A DNA stretch of 63,063 nucleotides, the filler included, from Nemertoderma westbladi (Eukaryota > Animalia > Xenacoelomorpha): NCBI GenBank assembly GCA_032718475.1. It is 4 parts of 4 records of this genome, joined end to end, with 100 filler letters (N's around TTAATTAATTAA, not from the genome) between each part and the next. Parts side by side here need not be neighbours in the genome. Positions count along the whole stretch, not along the records: positions 1 to 24,476 come from JAUCBJ010004992.1; 3 more parts are not named here. The stretch is one strand, 5' to 3'. Numbering within the stretch: the stretch's first letter is position 1; each line of letters starts with the position of its first letter. This document shows positions 1 to 12,700 of the stretch, one piece after another. The notes below the pieces were generated by a model that searched no databases, was not told where the DNA came from, and saw nothing but the letters and a program-made list of their open reading frames with translations. A program made the position numbers and the translations under genes.

Positions 1-725
1 TATCCATATTCGTAGCCAAGGTCACCAACACAGATATAACAACTGTTTCTACGCCTACTTAATACAAGTTGAGATGCATAACATTCGTTGATATAGACTT
101 TTGTATTAAAACTTGCACACAAAGTCGTTCATGATATGTAAAAAGTTGCCTAATAAAATGTACATAATTTTTATAATTTTGCACTTGCCTGTAACCTAGT
201 TAGTAAGAGTCTATTTACACACACGTAAAGTAACACTTTACAGTGAGCTGATTAGAGTCGAGTGGTTTTTTTCACGAACGAGTGTAGTGAGTGCAAGTAA
301 AGATACGAGGATCAGAACACTAATGTATAATAAATACTTTACAAGTTTGTACTCATGTTGTTTCATTCCAAAAACCTTACAAAACGGTTACTGATTAAAA
401 AAAAACTACATGTGACATTTTTCTTTTTCAAAAAATGTGTAATATTTGTTGTGAAATTTTTCGAATTCTATTATAATACGAATTGAAAGAGCATTATGTG
501 AAAATATGTGCACCTAATTATATAAAAAATCATAAACCCAGGTAAAATATATTGGACAGTTTTTATATTTATGGTCTATCAACTTTGGGAATGCTCAATA
601 TTCAAATGGTCGGTTTATCAAATAAATAAGTAATATAAAACTACACCAAATTCCCACCACCTAACAAAACAATAACAAAAAAAAGATATAAACAATACAA
701 TTAAAAAAGGGGGGTGCACCGGGGA

Positions 726-1215
726 TTAATATCGGTCTGCGAGGTCATTGCCCCGCAGACCCGCACCATCCCCAAAGCCCAGCGCCCTCCATGGTCGCCG
801 GCCACCACGCAGACAAAGGGAGTTTGAGCGGAGGAGCGCGAACTGCAGCCGCCTCCGAACTCCCCCGAGAACGCAGGCTAGGCCGCGTTCCCGCATCCCC
901 TGCCGCCGAGCCACTAGGGCCTCAGCGAGGTGGCTGATGAAGATATCAGTCTCCTTCCACTTGCACTACACCCCATCGGTGGTTCCGACAAGGGGGGTGA
1001 AGGAGAACCTTCTATCTTCGCACACCGCGCTGTAGTGCACCTTCTTGGCTCGGACTCTCTGTTGGAGGACAGAGTCCAAGGGCCGGTGAGCGTATGAGGG
1101 GGCGTCAGCGTTTACGTTCGCAATATCGAAAGACAGCCACCCTCTGCCTCGGTCCAGACTCCCCTCGCCAGGAGATCCGCCCTAACTCCCCCCACCTCGC
1201 GGCCCCTTCTGTCCA
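726..1215 (-). mobile_element. 3' fragment of a CRE-like non-LTR retrotransposon (restriction-like endonuclease domain), disrupted
   Basis: GC-rich island; minus strand reads, across a frameshift and a stop, RADLLARGVW..FDIANVNADAPSY..KKVHY..C..RRFSFTPLV..RRRLQFALLRSNSLCLRG, the C-terminal REL pattern of CRE-clade elements. Confidence 0.7.
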
Positions 1216-2337
1216 GGTAACCGGACGCCAGGGTAACCTCGCGCTGGACGCATGCGCCCCCAATCAACTCGTTCTATCAACTCGTCAAAATTAAATATTA
1301 GCTGAGTCAAGTAATGTTGAAATTTTGATATAAATTCAGTATTTCAATGTTTTGCAGTCACGGTTTTCAATAATTACCCGTTTATTGTAATTTCTTTGCA
1401 ACAACACCTCGTTGTGGTCACAACAGAAACATAAATAATTATCATTATCATATTCCACCCTCCATGACGTGAATATTCATAGTCAATGCAAATTTAAATA
1501 TCATAAACCTTGTTTTACAAAGATTCAAATTATTAAATATATTTGAATTTTTCTGAAATTTTGTATTTGAATACCGTAGCATTACTTATGGCATGTCGCG
1601 TAAGAGAATGAATGTAAAATAAAAAATTGAAATCGGTGAGAATACCTGAATTTGAAATTATTGCATAGTGCTGAATTGCAACCGGTCCAAAATGGAATTA
1701 GGCCCCATTTTAAAACGTTTGTAAGCGCCAATTAAAGGTTTCTGATATTAGTGATTATCTCCAAAAAATAAACATTCAAAAAAATCTATCTCTGTTTCAA
1801 TTTCGTGAGATACATACGATTGTTAGATTAATAAAGAGAGTGTCAAAGACCATGGTGCAATGGTGCATATGAGTGTAGGAGAGTATATTCATTTTAATTC
1901 TGGCATGGTACTACAGTATGTGAATTTATATTAAAGTTTATTAGGTTGTCTTTTTAGACATTTTTTAGATCTTGGCTGAATTCTTCTTTCTGGATCTTCG
2001 AGGTCGCTGATCACGATAGAACTTGTGAAAAATATATATTTTGTATATATTATATTATTTAATATAATATATTATATTATTATTATGGAAGTGTAAACAT
2101 CAAATTTGCAAATTTTCAAATCATCGATTTGTGCTACTTGTATTTTTATATTATTAACAAATTAAAAAGTATAATAATGAATCAGAAATAGGTTAATCGA
2201 CACGGAAATCAATTTCATTTTTACAAAAACCTATAACCTTGGCTAAAAGTTTGGTTTTTAGGCTCAAAACCAAAAAACAGATTTGAAACCAGAGGTAGTT
2301 TCACCTCCATTATCCTTTGTGGATGAGCCAGAATTGA

Positions 2338-3900
2338 TACTACTACTACTAGCATCGGCATGCTGCATTGCAGCTGCTTTTTTATGAATGCTGTGCTGGC
2401 TTGTCGACAAAATTGCACCGCCACAACTCCCTATGACCCATGACATTTGCTAGATCATCCGCATCTTCAAGGCCAGTGTCCTTTAAGATGCGTCTCAAGA
2501 AAGTCAAGAAAGCTGGTCCTCACGGCGAAAGCAATGTCCTGCAAAGCGGAGGCGATTTTGTTCTAGTGTCAAGCTTGGGGGAACCAATGAGACACCTCCA
2601 ATGTTATATAGTGTCTGGTTGGAGATGTGTGCATTGTACTTGACACAATGAACCCGACGTAGCATTCTTGTGAATGTGCCATCCAGAGATTTGGTGTCCT
2701 CAGCAGTTAGAGCCCAGCATGGACTCCCATAGAGGAGTACTGGAACTACTGCTGCTCTAAATAATCGGACCTTAAGTTTCCGATTAATTCTCGGTGACTT
2801 CCAAATCCTGGAAAGCCTATTCAAGGCTGCCCATGCCTTTCCCTTACGTATTCGAAGGTCCTCACCTGACTTCCGGATCCATGATCCCAGGTAACAGAAG
2901 TCGTCCACATGCTCAAACATACCATCCTTTGAGCTTATGCTCATCCGATCAGAGACTTGCTTAGAACTTTCAAAGTTAACTGTCAAAATGTTGGTTTTTC
3001 TGGAGTTAATAAAAAGACCAACACTAGAAGCAGCATGTTCTAATGAGCTGAGGAGCCGTTGGGCTCCCTCTAGTGATTCTGAGAGTACTCCTAAGTCATC
3101 AGCAAAGTCTAGATCACTAAGGTACTTGGCAGGATTTCCTCGACTTCTGGAGCCAGTAGGTGGAGTTATCATCACCCCATCATCATTATGATGATCTAAG
3201 GACATGCGTAGAACATAGTCAACCACAATTATAAACAAGAATGGTGCAAGTGTGTCTCCCTGGAGGACGCCCCATAACACTTCAAATGGTTCTGTGTCAC
3301 CATCAACAGTAGACACAAATGTTGTCGAACCATCGTATACTGATCTGATTGCTGCAATAATTTCATCAGGAATCCCATATAATGAAAGTATGCTGAACAT
3401 ACGTGAGCGGGAGACTGAATCAAAGGCCTTGAAGAAGTCAACAAAGATAACAGCCAGATGCCTGTCTTTCTTTTTTGATAACTCTTCAATTATCCTTCTA
3501 AGTGCCAAAATGGGCTCCAGGGTCCCACGACCTTTACGGAACCCATTCTGATTTCCACGGAGCAGTCTCTCAATGGGATCCCTGGTGCGATTTAATAGAA
3601 TTCTATTGTATAGCTTTGCAGCAATCGAGATCAATGAGATTCCCCGAAAAGAACCATAGAGTGTTGGGTTGCCCTTCTTGGGAACTGGCACCAACTTATT
3701 TGTTTTCATTTCTTGTGGGACTCTTGTTGTTCGGTACATGTCTACTATATGATGGGATAGATGAGCCTTAAACACTCAGGTATTTTAAAGACCTCAGGGG
3801 AAAACCATCTACTCCACTAGCACTATTGGTCTTAATGCTCTTTGCAGCAGCCTTCACTTCTGCAAAGGAGATATCACCAATGGGAATCTGGGAGTATTGG
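2338..3900 (-). mobile_element. RTE-clade LINE, 5'-truncated copy 1 (reverse transcriptase)
   Basis: ORF 2504-3775 with PVPKKG, QNGFRKGR, FVDFFKAFDSV, GVLQGDTLAP, LDFADD; short 3' UTR and (TAG)n tail at about 2338-2351; small internal deletion near 2505 relative to other copies. Confidence 0.92.
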
Positions 3901-3948
3901 GGTAATTATTGAGTAATTGGGGGCCAGATTGATTGATATTATTAATTA

Positions 3949-3949
<1 letters not shown>

Positions 3950-3979
<30 letters not shown>

Positions 3980-4031
3980 TCCGTGGTCACTAAATTACGA
4001 CAAAATATTACAGGTTCCAGGACATGGTGTA
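3950..4031. mobile_element. Terminal fragment related to the 8515-9372 MITE
   Basis: poly-G, GTCACTAAATTACGA..GGACATGGTG-TA resembles the right end of the MITE (about 9306-9374); 2281-2336 also matches the reverse complement of MITE bases ~9218-9270. Confidence 0.55.
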
Positions 4032-5336
4032 ACTTATGGATGCTATTAGATTAACCAATTAATTCTACAGGTTTTCGGTAAACAATCAATTAAAGTGCCT
4101 TTGTCTCAATGATAAATACATTATTTATGTTCCTACTCGATGAAGTTCAGCAATTTTTTTTTAATTAAGAATATTTAATATTAATACATGCGCTCAAATT
4201 GGTGGGACATTACCTGGAGGAACACATTTTATATTTTCCAGCATACATGACACAAGTTTTACTTTACATTAGTTCGTTACAATTACATATCAAACGAATA
4301 TTTGCGAACAAAGTAGAGAAAGATCTTCTAATAACGATTAAACGTGTTGGTTGATATGTTGATATAATTAATACGCGCCTTCACTATTTAATTACGAACT
4401 GTTTCTCATAGTAATATTCTGTGACAAAACAGTTCGTACGGTCTCTGTCTGCCCCCCCCCCCCCCCCCCCTTTTTTTCAAATTGCAATGAACTGCTACCA
4501 AATGAAGAGAGTTTACACTATATCTTAATGTTGGCCTGGCCGGCATCTGAGTTATTTTGCTACAAGTACAAAAAACCGTAGCCCATAACTTCCAGGATTT
4601 ATAAAAATTCAGAGGCTTTCATTTGGAGTCGCAAATCAATATAACTCTAATTAGGTATATTTTTACAGTGTAGGCCTTCCCACTACTAAATTTGAGAATA
4701 TTAATTACACGTTATGTACAGTAGAAACAAACGAAGTGCTTTAACCGCTCAGTTAAATTATTAATATTCTAAAATATTGTAGAAAAACATTAGAATATAA
4801 TTATATCGATTTACGTCTCAAAATGTAGGGCCTACTACAGCCCTCCCTGCCAAAAAAAACGATGAAAAAAAGGAAAAAAGAAAACTCTGGGAGGCCTGTA
4901 CTACATCTTAGATTAGAATATTATAATATTTACTGTAATTTTTGGTGAAATTTAAAACGCTTTTAGATTCGGAATCTGCAGATGAAGGTGGTTTTAATAA
5001 TATCTAGACTATATTCTAAATACTATTATCATGTCACATTATTATCATACCACATCCCATAGCTTGAAATTTGAAAAATATTAGGGGGTGGGGGGGGGGG
5101 TGGTGGAGGCTCCGATCTTGGAGAAGAGGATGTAAGGGGCAGATATAATAAACACTATGTCTAATAGACTTATAAACTGGAAGAAAAATCATAATGTAAT
5201 TTGTACAAAAATATATTAGCATTTTTATTAGTTAAAAAACTAGAGGAACTCTCGCATTTGTTAGTAGGTTAATGGTAATGCATTGAAGAGCGCCGGTGCC
5301 TTTGTTGTTATTTTGTTCCAGATTACAATAGGTTAA

Positions 5337-7679
5337 TTAATTCAAAACCTTCCCATCGCGTTTCTCTGGAAAATCTTGGGGAATAATAACAGGACGTGGC
5401 AACGATCTGTGTTGTCCAGGCAACAATAAACCAATTATCTTATCGAATAAACGCGATGCGTCTGGGGAAAACACAAGGTAGGTCCTGGCCGCGAGCACAG
5501 GGTCTCTTTTGGTGACCAACTCTCGGTGTATGCTGAATATAAAGCGACCGTTGTAGACCGTGTCGATAATGGGGTCGTCGAAGGGATGCAACAGAACCGA
5601 ATTTAGCAGCATAGAGTCGCGAACGCACCACTGCCATTGAGCCAGACAATGGAGTAAGTGTACGTCAGCTTGAAGTTTAGGACGACTGCTGAACAACATC
5701 TTAAGGTGTTCGCTGTTTGTATCTTGTATGTTCGATTTGTTGGTTCCCTCGTCTTGGTTATCGATAGACTCTGATGTCTCATCGATATTCGAGTCGCGTT
5801 TCGGAATATCTGTTGATCCCCAGACGAGGTTAACGAGAACTGAAGCAAGTGTCGCGCGGGTTACTTGTGGGTCGCTGTGAGCGATCCAATGCTTTACAGA
5901 TAGAATAACCAGACGTAGAGCCTCGGGAATGGACTGAATGTCTGCGCGATGCAACCCGAAACAAGATAGAAGGATTTCTCGTCTCATTGACACCGAAATG
6001 TTAGAGATTTTCTCAATCGGAGGAAGTTTATTACGGAGAGGAGAGAAGATGAGAGGAATTACATGAGTCTTAGTTAGATTATGTCTCTTTCTTTGGGTTT
6101 CTGTGATCCAAACTGATGGCAGTTCTTGGCTCTGGGATAAGTAATCGGTTTGCGACGATTCCTCTGACGCATCAGGAACAGCAAAAGAGTTTTCAGAATT
6201 ATTTAAATCCTTTTGCGAATCTCCTTGTATGGAATTAGTGAGTTTTCTCTCTGATTCAATTGATTCTCCCTGAGAAAGTAAGCCATCATTTGGCTCTTTC
6301 TTATTCTCAGATTCGACATTCAAGTCATCGTCATCATTTAAATAATTATCACTGTCTGGTTCTTCATTATTTGTTTGCTTATCTTGGGAATTTAAGTTCC
6401 GTTCATCTTCAGTCTCCATTGCGGTATGCTGCTGAAGATCGATGACATTGTCGTTGTCGGTCGTTTTTACTTCATTTTTAACATTGGCTTGTATAGAAAT
6501 AGGTTTTGTCTCACCCAAAAGACCACCAAATAATATTCCATAAACGAATTTACGGAGAATCTTAGAGCTCAAAGCAGCATCTGATTCATCTGAGTTCTGC
6601 ATAACAATTGTAATGTCCGTTGCTCTAAAACAAATGGAAGAGAGGACAAAGGAGTTAATAGTACGACCCATAACTCCTTGAATTAACCAATCAGGTATTG
6701 CGTTACCATAGATACGACCTGCTTCTGTATCAACAATGGGATTAAGCCGGTTTATGAAAAACCGACACACGCTGTTAGTTTCCGATGAAGCGACTGAGTA
6801 ATTATTTAGCGAAATATTTACTAAATCTTCGATTGACTTGTAGGTGTCTCGTTTGAAAACCTCTTTAAAAGCTACCAGACCATCTTTTAAATTATCGAAC
6901 TTTTTGACAAAGTTTATAACTTTTTTCACCTTATTAGAGGAATTAGTTTTAAGTCTTTGATGAATTGGAGCCAGTTGGTGCGATGCAATATAATCGTTGC
7001 CTAGAATAGTTGCGACCAGAGGAAGCAGCGTTGGTCTGATGCGAAATAACGCACAAAATCGATCGACAGTGTACAGTAGAGTTGGTATGAAGTTGTAACT
7101 ATTATGTGAGACACTCCCCCTTGAAGTCCGACAAACATTCTCCCATTCCAACCACTTGGGATTTATGAAACCGCCTTTTAATTCCATCATAGCAAAATCA
7201 GAATCAGAAGTTAAAACCGGACAGCTCAATGAGTTTGCCATGATGGCGAGATCTTGATCTGCTTCGAATTCGCTGACAGCCATATGGATCCCCCTGTCTC
7301 TAAGCGCCTGTTGCATAACCTCGAGACTTAGCAATGGCAGGAGACTCGTCTTGTGTTTCGGTTCTCTTGTTGCCGATGGTAGATCTTTGATTTTATCTAA
7401 AGCTCGTCTTTTCAACGTCTCGAGTTTACTACCATCGGGCGAGTTTAAACCATCGAATACGAAGTATGGCATTATGTTACAGGTTTCCAAAGCATCCAGG
7501 AACCTGTCGGCGATTATACGGAATGCATGGTATTCACCGCCGAATATTCCTTCAACGTTTCCCCACAGGTGATACAAGAGGTTATAGCCGTCGATAACGA
7601 GGGCCACGTCATGGAGACGATGTACCGGAAACAGCGAAGGATTGCCTTCGATAAACGAAGTCAACCCGGGAATTCCCAT
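5337..7679 (-). CDS. ASTE1: Asteroid homolog 1 (XPG/FEN1-like PIN-domain nuclease), 780 aa, uninterrupted ORF
   Basis: MGIPGLTSFI start, LVIDGYN, VFDG, EAD, VLTSDSDF and LGNDY acidic motifs of the FEN1/XPG-like family; Asteroid-type C-terminus (HCLAQWQW..LLNSVL..PF..YNG); acidic low-complexity insert in the middle. Confidence 0.88.
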   Translation of the reverse strand: MGIPGLTSFIEGNPSLFPVHRLHDVALVIDGYNLLYHLWGNVEGIFGGEYHAFRIIADRFLDALETCNIMPYFVFDGLNSPDGSKLETLKRRALDKIKDLPSATREPKHKTSLLPLLSLEVMQQALRDRGIHMAVSEFEADQDLAIMANSLSCPVLTSDSDFAMMELKGGFINPKWLEWENVCRTSRGSVSHNSYNFIPTLLYTVDRFCALFRIRPTLLPLVATILGNDYIASHQLAPIHQRLKTNSSNKVKKVINFVKKFDNLKDGLVAFKEVFKRDTYKSIEDLVNISLNNYSVASSETNSVCRFFINRLNPIVDTEAGRIYGNAIPDWLIQGVMGRTINSFVLSSICFRATDITIVMQNSDESDAALSSKILRKFVYGILFGGLLGETKPISIQANVKNEVKTTDNDNVIDLQQHTAMETEDERNLNSQDKQTNNEEPDSDNYLNDDDDLNVESENKKEPNDGLLSQGESIESERKLTNSIQGDSQKDLNNSENSFAVPDASEESSQTDYLSQSQELPSVWITETQRKRHNLTKTHVIPLIFSPLRNKLPPIEKISNISVSMRREILLSCFGLHRADIQSIPEALRLVILSVKHWIAHSDPQVTRATLASVLVNLVWGSTDIPKRDSNIDETSESIDNQDEGTNKSNIQDTNSEHLKMLFSSRPKLQADVHLLHCLAQWQWCVRDSMLLNSVLLHPFDDPIIDTVYNGRFIFSIHRELVTKRDPVLAARTYLVFSPDASRLFDKIIGLLLPGQHRSLPRPVIIPQDFPEKRDGKVLN

Positions 7680-7687
7680 GATTAGAT

Positions 7688-7981
7688 TAGGCCTATCTAT
7701 CGTCCATCATAAGCTTATTCCACAGAATTTGATACAGTAATACATAGATCAGCAAAATATTCCACTTACCGGTAGACAAACATATCAAATACAAATTGAA
7801 GGACGGGTACCGGTAGTTAGGTACACAGGCTATCCGTATGGACAATAATCCATGGCACCTACTGAATGAACTATGAAAGTGAAGGCTTTTAAATAATGAT
7901 ATGCTTGAAATTATTGATTGTACCGGTAGCGGTATGCTAATCTAAAGACAGGAGAACTACTAACAGAACTCGGTAGGCCTA
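7688..7981. other. Cluster of TA-flanked micro-palindromes in the ASTE1 upstream region (putative transposon footprints)
   Basis: TAGGCCTA 7688-7695 and 7974-7981, TACAGTA 7733-7739, TACCGGTA 7767-7774, 7808-7815 and 7921-7928. Confidence 0.6.
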
Positions 7982-8514
7982 GTAAAGGTGGAGGCCATGG
8001 AACGATTTTACAAGGTTGATTATAGCAGTTGCTTGGTTACAATATCAAATTAAATTATTTTGACAATTAATTACAGAAGCCGAAACGAACATGTCCTAAA
8101 CTAATAGGTTAAACTATTAACTAAATTAATTTAACGTCCTAAACTATTAATTAATCTATTTAAGACAACTTGGCAGGAACTTATTTATTTATTTGTGTGT
8201 AATTAATTTAGCACTGCCAAATAGCGCCTGGCGACTTATATTTCCTTACGTATAGACCTACTTTACTTAACTAGGTCAAGCGAGCTCGTAAGTAGAAGCT
8301 TGCATTATTCGACCGGGACCGGGTTTACATTATTCCGTGTTTAATGCCGAGTTTAATAATAAGGTTAAATTTATGCTCAAAGATTTACAATTACCCTATA
8401 GTCTTATATGTATTAAGAAAACATTTTATATTATAACAAATAGGCATGATAAGATAGTGCCATACTATTATCAGATTCATAATAATTTACAATGACAAAT
8501 AAGATACTAACATA

Positions 8515-9372
8515 CACAATGTCCCAGAATATAGTGTCGTAATTCAGTGACACGCCCCCTCCTCCGTGGGTGAGCCAGAATTTTTATTTTTGCTTTCAAC
8601 CTTTAGCTACATGCGTTTAAAAAAAGTGTCTCCAGCGATATTACACCAGTTACCCCGCAGTTATTCTTCTACCTTTATAGCTGTTTGTCGGTACCAATGG
8701 AAAGCTGGCCCAGCAAGGATTTCAAATATGTAACACAATTTGAATTTCGTTGAAAAATAGCTAAGATATGGGCGTTCAAATGTTGCATGGTTTTGCACCT
8801 GCGCGAGGCTATTTTATTCTAATTAATAAATGCATCATAATCTGGAATATTTTGTTTATCCAAATACGTAGCTGGGCAACAACATATTACATATTGAATT
8901 ACATATTTAATCATACTATTACGTAGCTATTCATACATTTAAAAAATGTTTCAGAATATGGTTGATTTATTAATAGAATAAAATAGCCTCGCATCGTTGC
9001 AAAACCATGCAACATTTGAACGCCCATATCTCAGCTATTTTTTAACAAAATTCAAATTGTGTTACATATTTGGAATCCTTGCATGGCCAGCTTTCCATTG
9101 GTACCAACAAACAGCTACAGTATAAGGTAGAAGAATAACTGCGGTGTAACTGGTGAAATATTGCTGGAGACACTTTTTTTAAACGCTTGTAGCTAAAGAT
9201 TAAAAGCAAAAATAAAAATTCTGGCTCATCCAGTCAGTGGTCGGGAGGTGAAACTATCTCTGTTTCAAATTTCATGCAATCTCATTAAGATTTGTATACA
9301 AATTAGGGGGGGGGGGGGGGGGGGGGTGGGGGCGTGTCACTGAATTACGATACTATATTCTGGGACATGGTG
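8515..9372. mobile_element. Palindromic non-autonomous Tc1/mariner-type element (MITE)
   Basis: TA at 8513-14 and 9373-74; ends CACAATGTCCCAGAATATAGT..ACTATATTCTGGGACATGGTG; arms 8570-8850 and 8945-9230 are near-perfect inverted copies; no ORF. Confidence 0.88.
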
Positions 9373-9768
9373 TATTAATCGAACATCAGTTACTGGAGGA
9401 GTCATTACTCAAAATAAATGCGAAAATATTACAAATTCAGGGAGGATAGGACCAAATATCACGGGACGGTGAAAAAATCCCGTGAATGTTTCCCAGGTTT
9501 TTGGTAAGAATAATGGTTCGGTTAATCTCCTCTTCATTTTGTACACTTGTAATACTTTTCGTTAAGAACATATCAACAAAGTCGACGTAACGTAACTAAC
9601 TAACGTAACTTTACATTACGGTCGCTGTGACTCCGCAATAACTCTGAAGAAAACAGCATACCACTAAAATCACCGTGGTAACTAATGTATGATTTTCTAT
9701 AATTAATTATTTCAGCTAAATGGCGAGTACTATAGAATAGCTAGGGTGATGTACAATACTGATCAATT

Positions 9769-12700
9769 ATGATATACAACTCTTCGAAAATAAACAATAT
9801 AGTTATATTTGTTATTGTTATTATTATTAGCTGCCAATTTTTGGCAGTTAATCTATCGAATCTATACGTAGTGAAATCGGAGAAGCAATGTCGTAGTTAC
9901 GACGTAATTACTCGAACATGTTACATAGATGGTGACCTGGGAAGCAGGGTGAACTTCGTGGTAGGAATTAAAATAAATACAACCAGGTTGCGATGGTACC
10001 GATTGGTCGACATACTCAACCGTCAGTCAGCGAAACGGATTCCTTTGAGCGATGAGTCGTACGCGTTTCGTTCCAACGCTATCGTTTCCCTCCGTGGAAG
10101 GCGCTTAACTCTAAACCCTCTCAGAGATTTCGACATGGCCGACAACCATTGGATGATAGAAGCGACACGAAACGATCAGAAACAACGTATTCGGTTCGTC
10201 GTCGAACATCCAACGTCCACCTTGAAGGCTGAAGTGAACGGAAAACCAGTAGAAATCGACTTGAGACATTTAGTAAAGTTACCCCGTAACGCTCTCCACG
10301 TCACCTGGGAGGTGGAAGGTCTAGATGGGCCATTAGTAGACGATCTGAAACCCCATGGGACTGCGCTAACAATATCTAACTCAGACTTTGCTGACATTAT
10401 AGTGGCTAAAGTCTACGACGATAACGATTACATGATAATGAAACGCCGGTTTATAATATCTCGAGATATTGAAGTAGTTCGCTGGCTACCGGGAATGCCG
10501 AAAACTATAGCCCTCCCGTTACGGGGTACTACTGTTCTATCAGTTGGTATGAAAGGGGCGGACACGCCCAGAAATATCCGGTGGTATTTTTACGCCGGCA
10601 GAGATATCCACAAGAGCAAAGTGCTTACCGGTAACGTGAAACCCTCTCACATAGCCTTGAGGAACAACAGGAAGTACATGGGAGGCGTTACTGAAATCCT
10701 CGTCAATAACATAACAAGCAAGGATTACGGTACATACACGTGTTTAGTTGATACAGGTTCGGGGCCACCAAGCGAGGTCATTTACAAACTTGTTAGACCC
10801 ATAGTTAACATACAGTTCAATCGGGTAGCCCATCTATGGCTGTTCAATAAAGGGGCCACACAAGATGATAAAGTGATTCAAGTTATAGACGCTATGAACT
10901 TGCCTTCTGCGGATTTGGATGTGTTTGAGAGCGGCGATTGCTTTCGGAGTGATGATGGTATAAATGGTCGAGCTTTAAGGATAAATCAACACGAGGATTG
11001 TATTTCGTATGTGGAGCTCATTGATTGCGGTGATGGCAAAGACGAAAAGGTAACAACAGGACCGACACACGACAGGGATGAGGAGTGCTTAGTGAATCCT
11101 CCTGTCTGTCTATACGGTCTTTCGGTATCTCTGTGGGTTTATCTTGAAGGAGCTATCAGCGGGAGAGACATGTCTATAGCATGTTCCTACCCAACAGGTC
11201 TATGCATCACGTGCTCACAGCTAACAGTTACCATGGCATCATGTCGATTTACATTGCTTTACGGGATGATAATTTATAAATTAAAAGTCGACGTCCAATT
11301 GAGGGATTGGACACACATGGTGGTCACTTGGAAAGACAGCAGCGCGATGTCTGTTTACATTAACGGGGAGATTAAAGGACAGGTCAGCCCGATGAAACAA
11401 GTAAAAGCCTTCGAGTCGAACTCGTATCACTTTCACGTAGCGAAGAGCATATTAAGCGACGAATCGAACACGCGATTGGCGATCGACGAGTTTGCGGTTT
11501 GGTACAACTACGTGGTAACGGAGCTCCAAGCAGCCCATCTATACGCCTCCTATCGGGGGGTTCCCTATAGCGCGAATCGCGACATCGAGTACAACTACGA
11601 GGAGAACGCAAACACGCAGATTCATTTACACTGTCCGTTCCATTTGCCGCGAGTTTGGCGGCACTTTCTCCGTTGGTATCGAGATGGTTTCGAGGAAGTC
11701 GAAGAATTCTCGGGGTTGGAGTTCATTGAAGTCGAGGCAACTGGCATTGTATTGCCGATAACTTATATTTGCGCGTTCTGGAATGGAAGTCACATCATTG
11801 ACTCAAACGTATTTACGATTTTCCCTGCGGGTCATAATTTAAGGTTAACTAAGGATAAAACAACGTTAAGAAATTACTTAGGAAATAATTTTCAAACGGA
11901 AAATTTTGACGAAATAGATAGAGCCGGTGAGTTAGTGAATAATCAGATGATAGCTAGGGGATATGTTTATACTCTCAATTACGTGAACCCGTTGTACGAA
12001 ACGTTGCCGAAACTAAAAGTCGCTGAGATTTGGATGTGTACGAGTCCAGTGAACTGCACAAAAAAAGTTACTAACTCTAAGTTAGCCTTTAATAAAACCG
12101 AGAATCCTTTCAATCAGACCTGTACTACAATGTACTTGTGCGGGTGCGCCAATGGCTTTGTTATAAACCATGGCAATCCATCACAAGCATGCATAAAAGT
12201 GTCCGACAGTCCGACAATACAAAAGTTGTCTGACAGATTTCCAATAACTTGGGAGAGTATGATCCACAGCGAACCATATATGGAGTTAATGGTTAAAACA
12301 TACAACATTAGCGACAGCGACATGGAACATATCAGTGTGTACCCGCTGTATGAGACAGAGTCTATCGCCATCCCCTGCATGATGGCAGGAACTAAATTTA
12401 ACTATAAAACTCGCGCCAGACACGAGTGGCATACATGGGATGGGAGGAACATTAGGCCTGGTTTCCACTACAGCATACGTTCCTCTGGGGACTTAAAAAT
12501 TATGTATTCCCATACGCAACACGCGGGCATGTATATGTGTTCTCGTAAATTCACACACACGGAGACTGACAGTGTTCTAGAAACACAAACTAACTATTGG
12601 TTAGTTTTAATTTTTAAGCCGCCCAATATCCAATACAAATACAGTATGTCTTTCAGCGTGGACAATTGCAGTGAACCATTAAACCGAGATGATGTTGACG

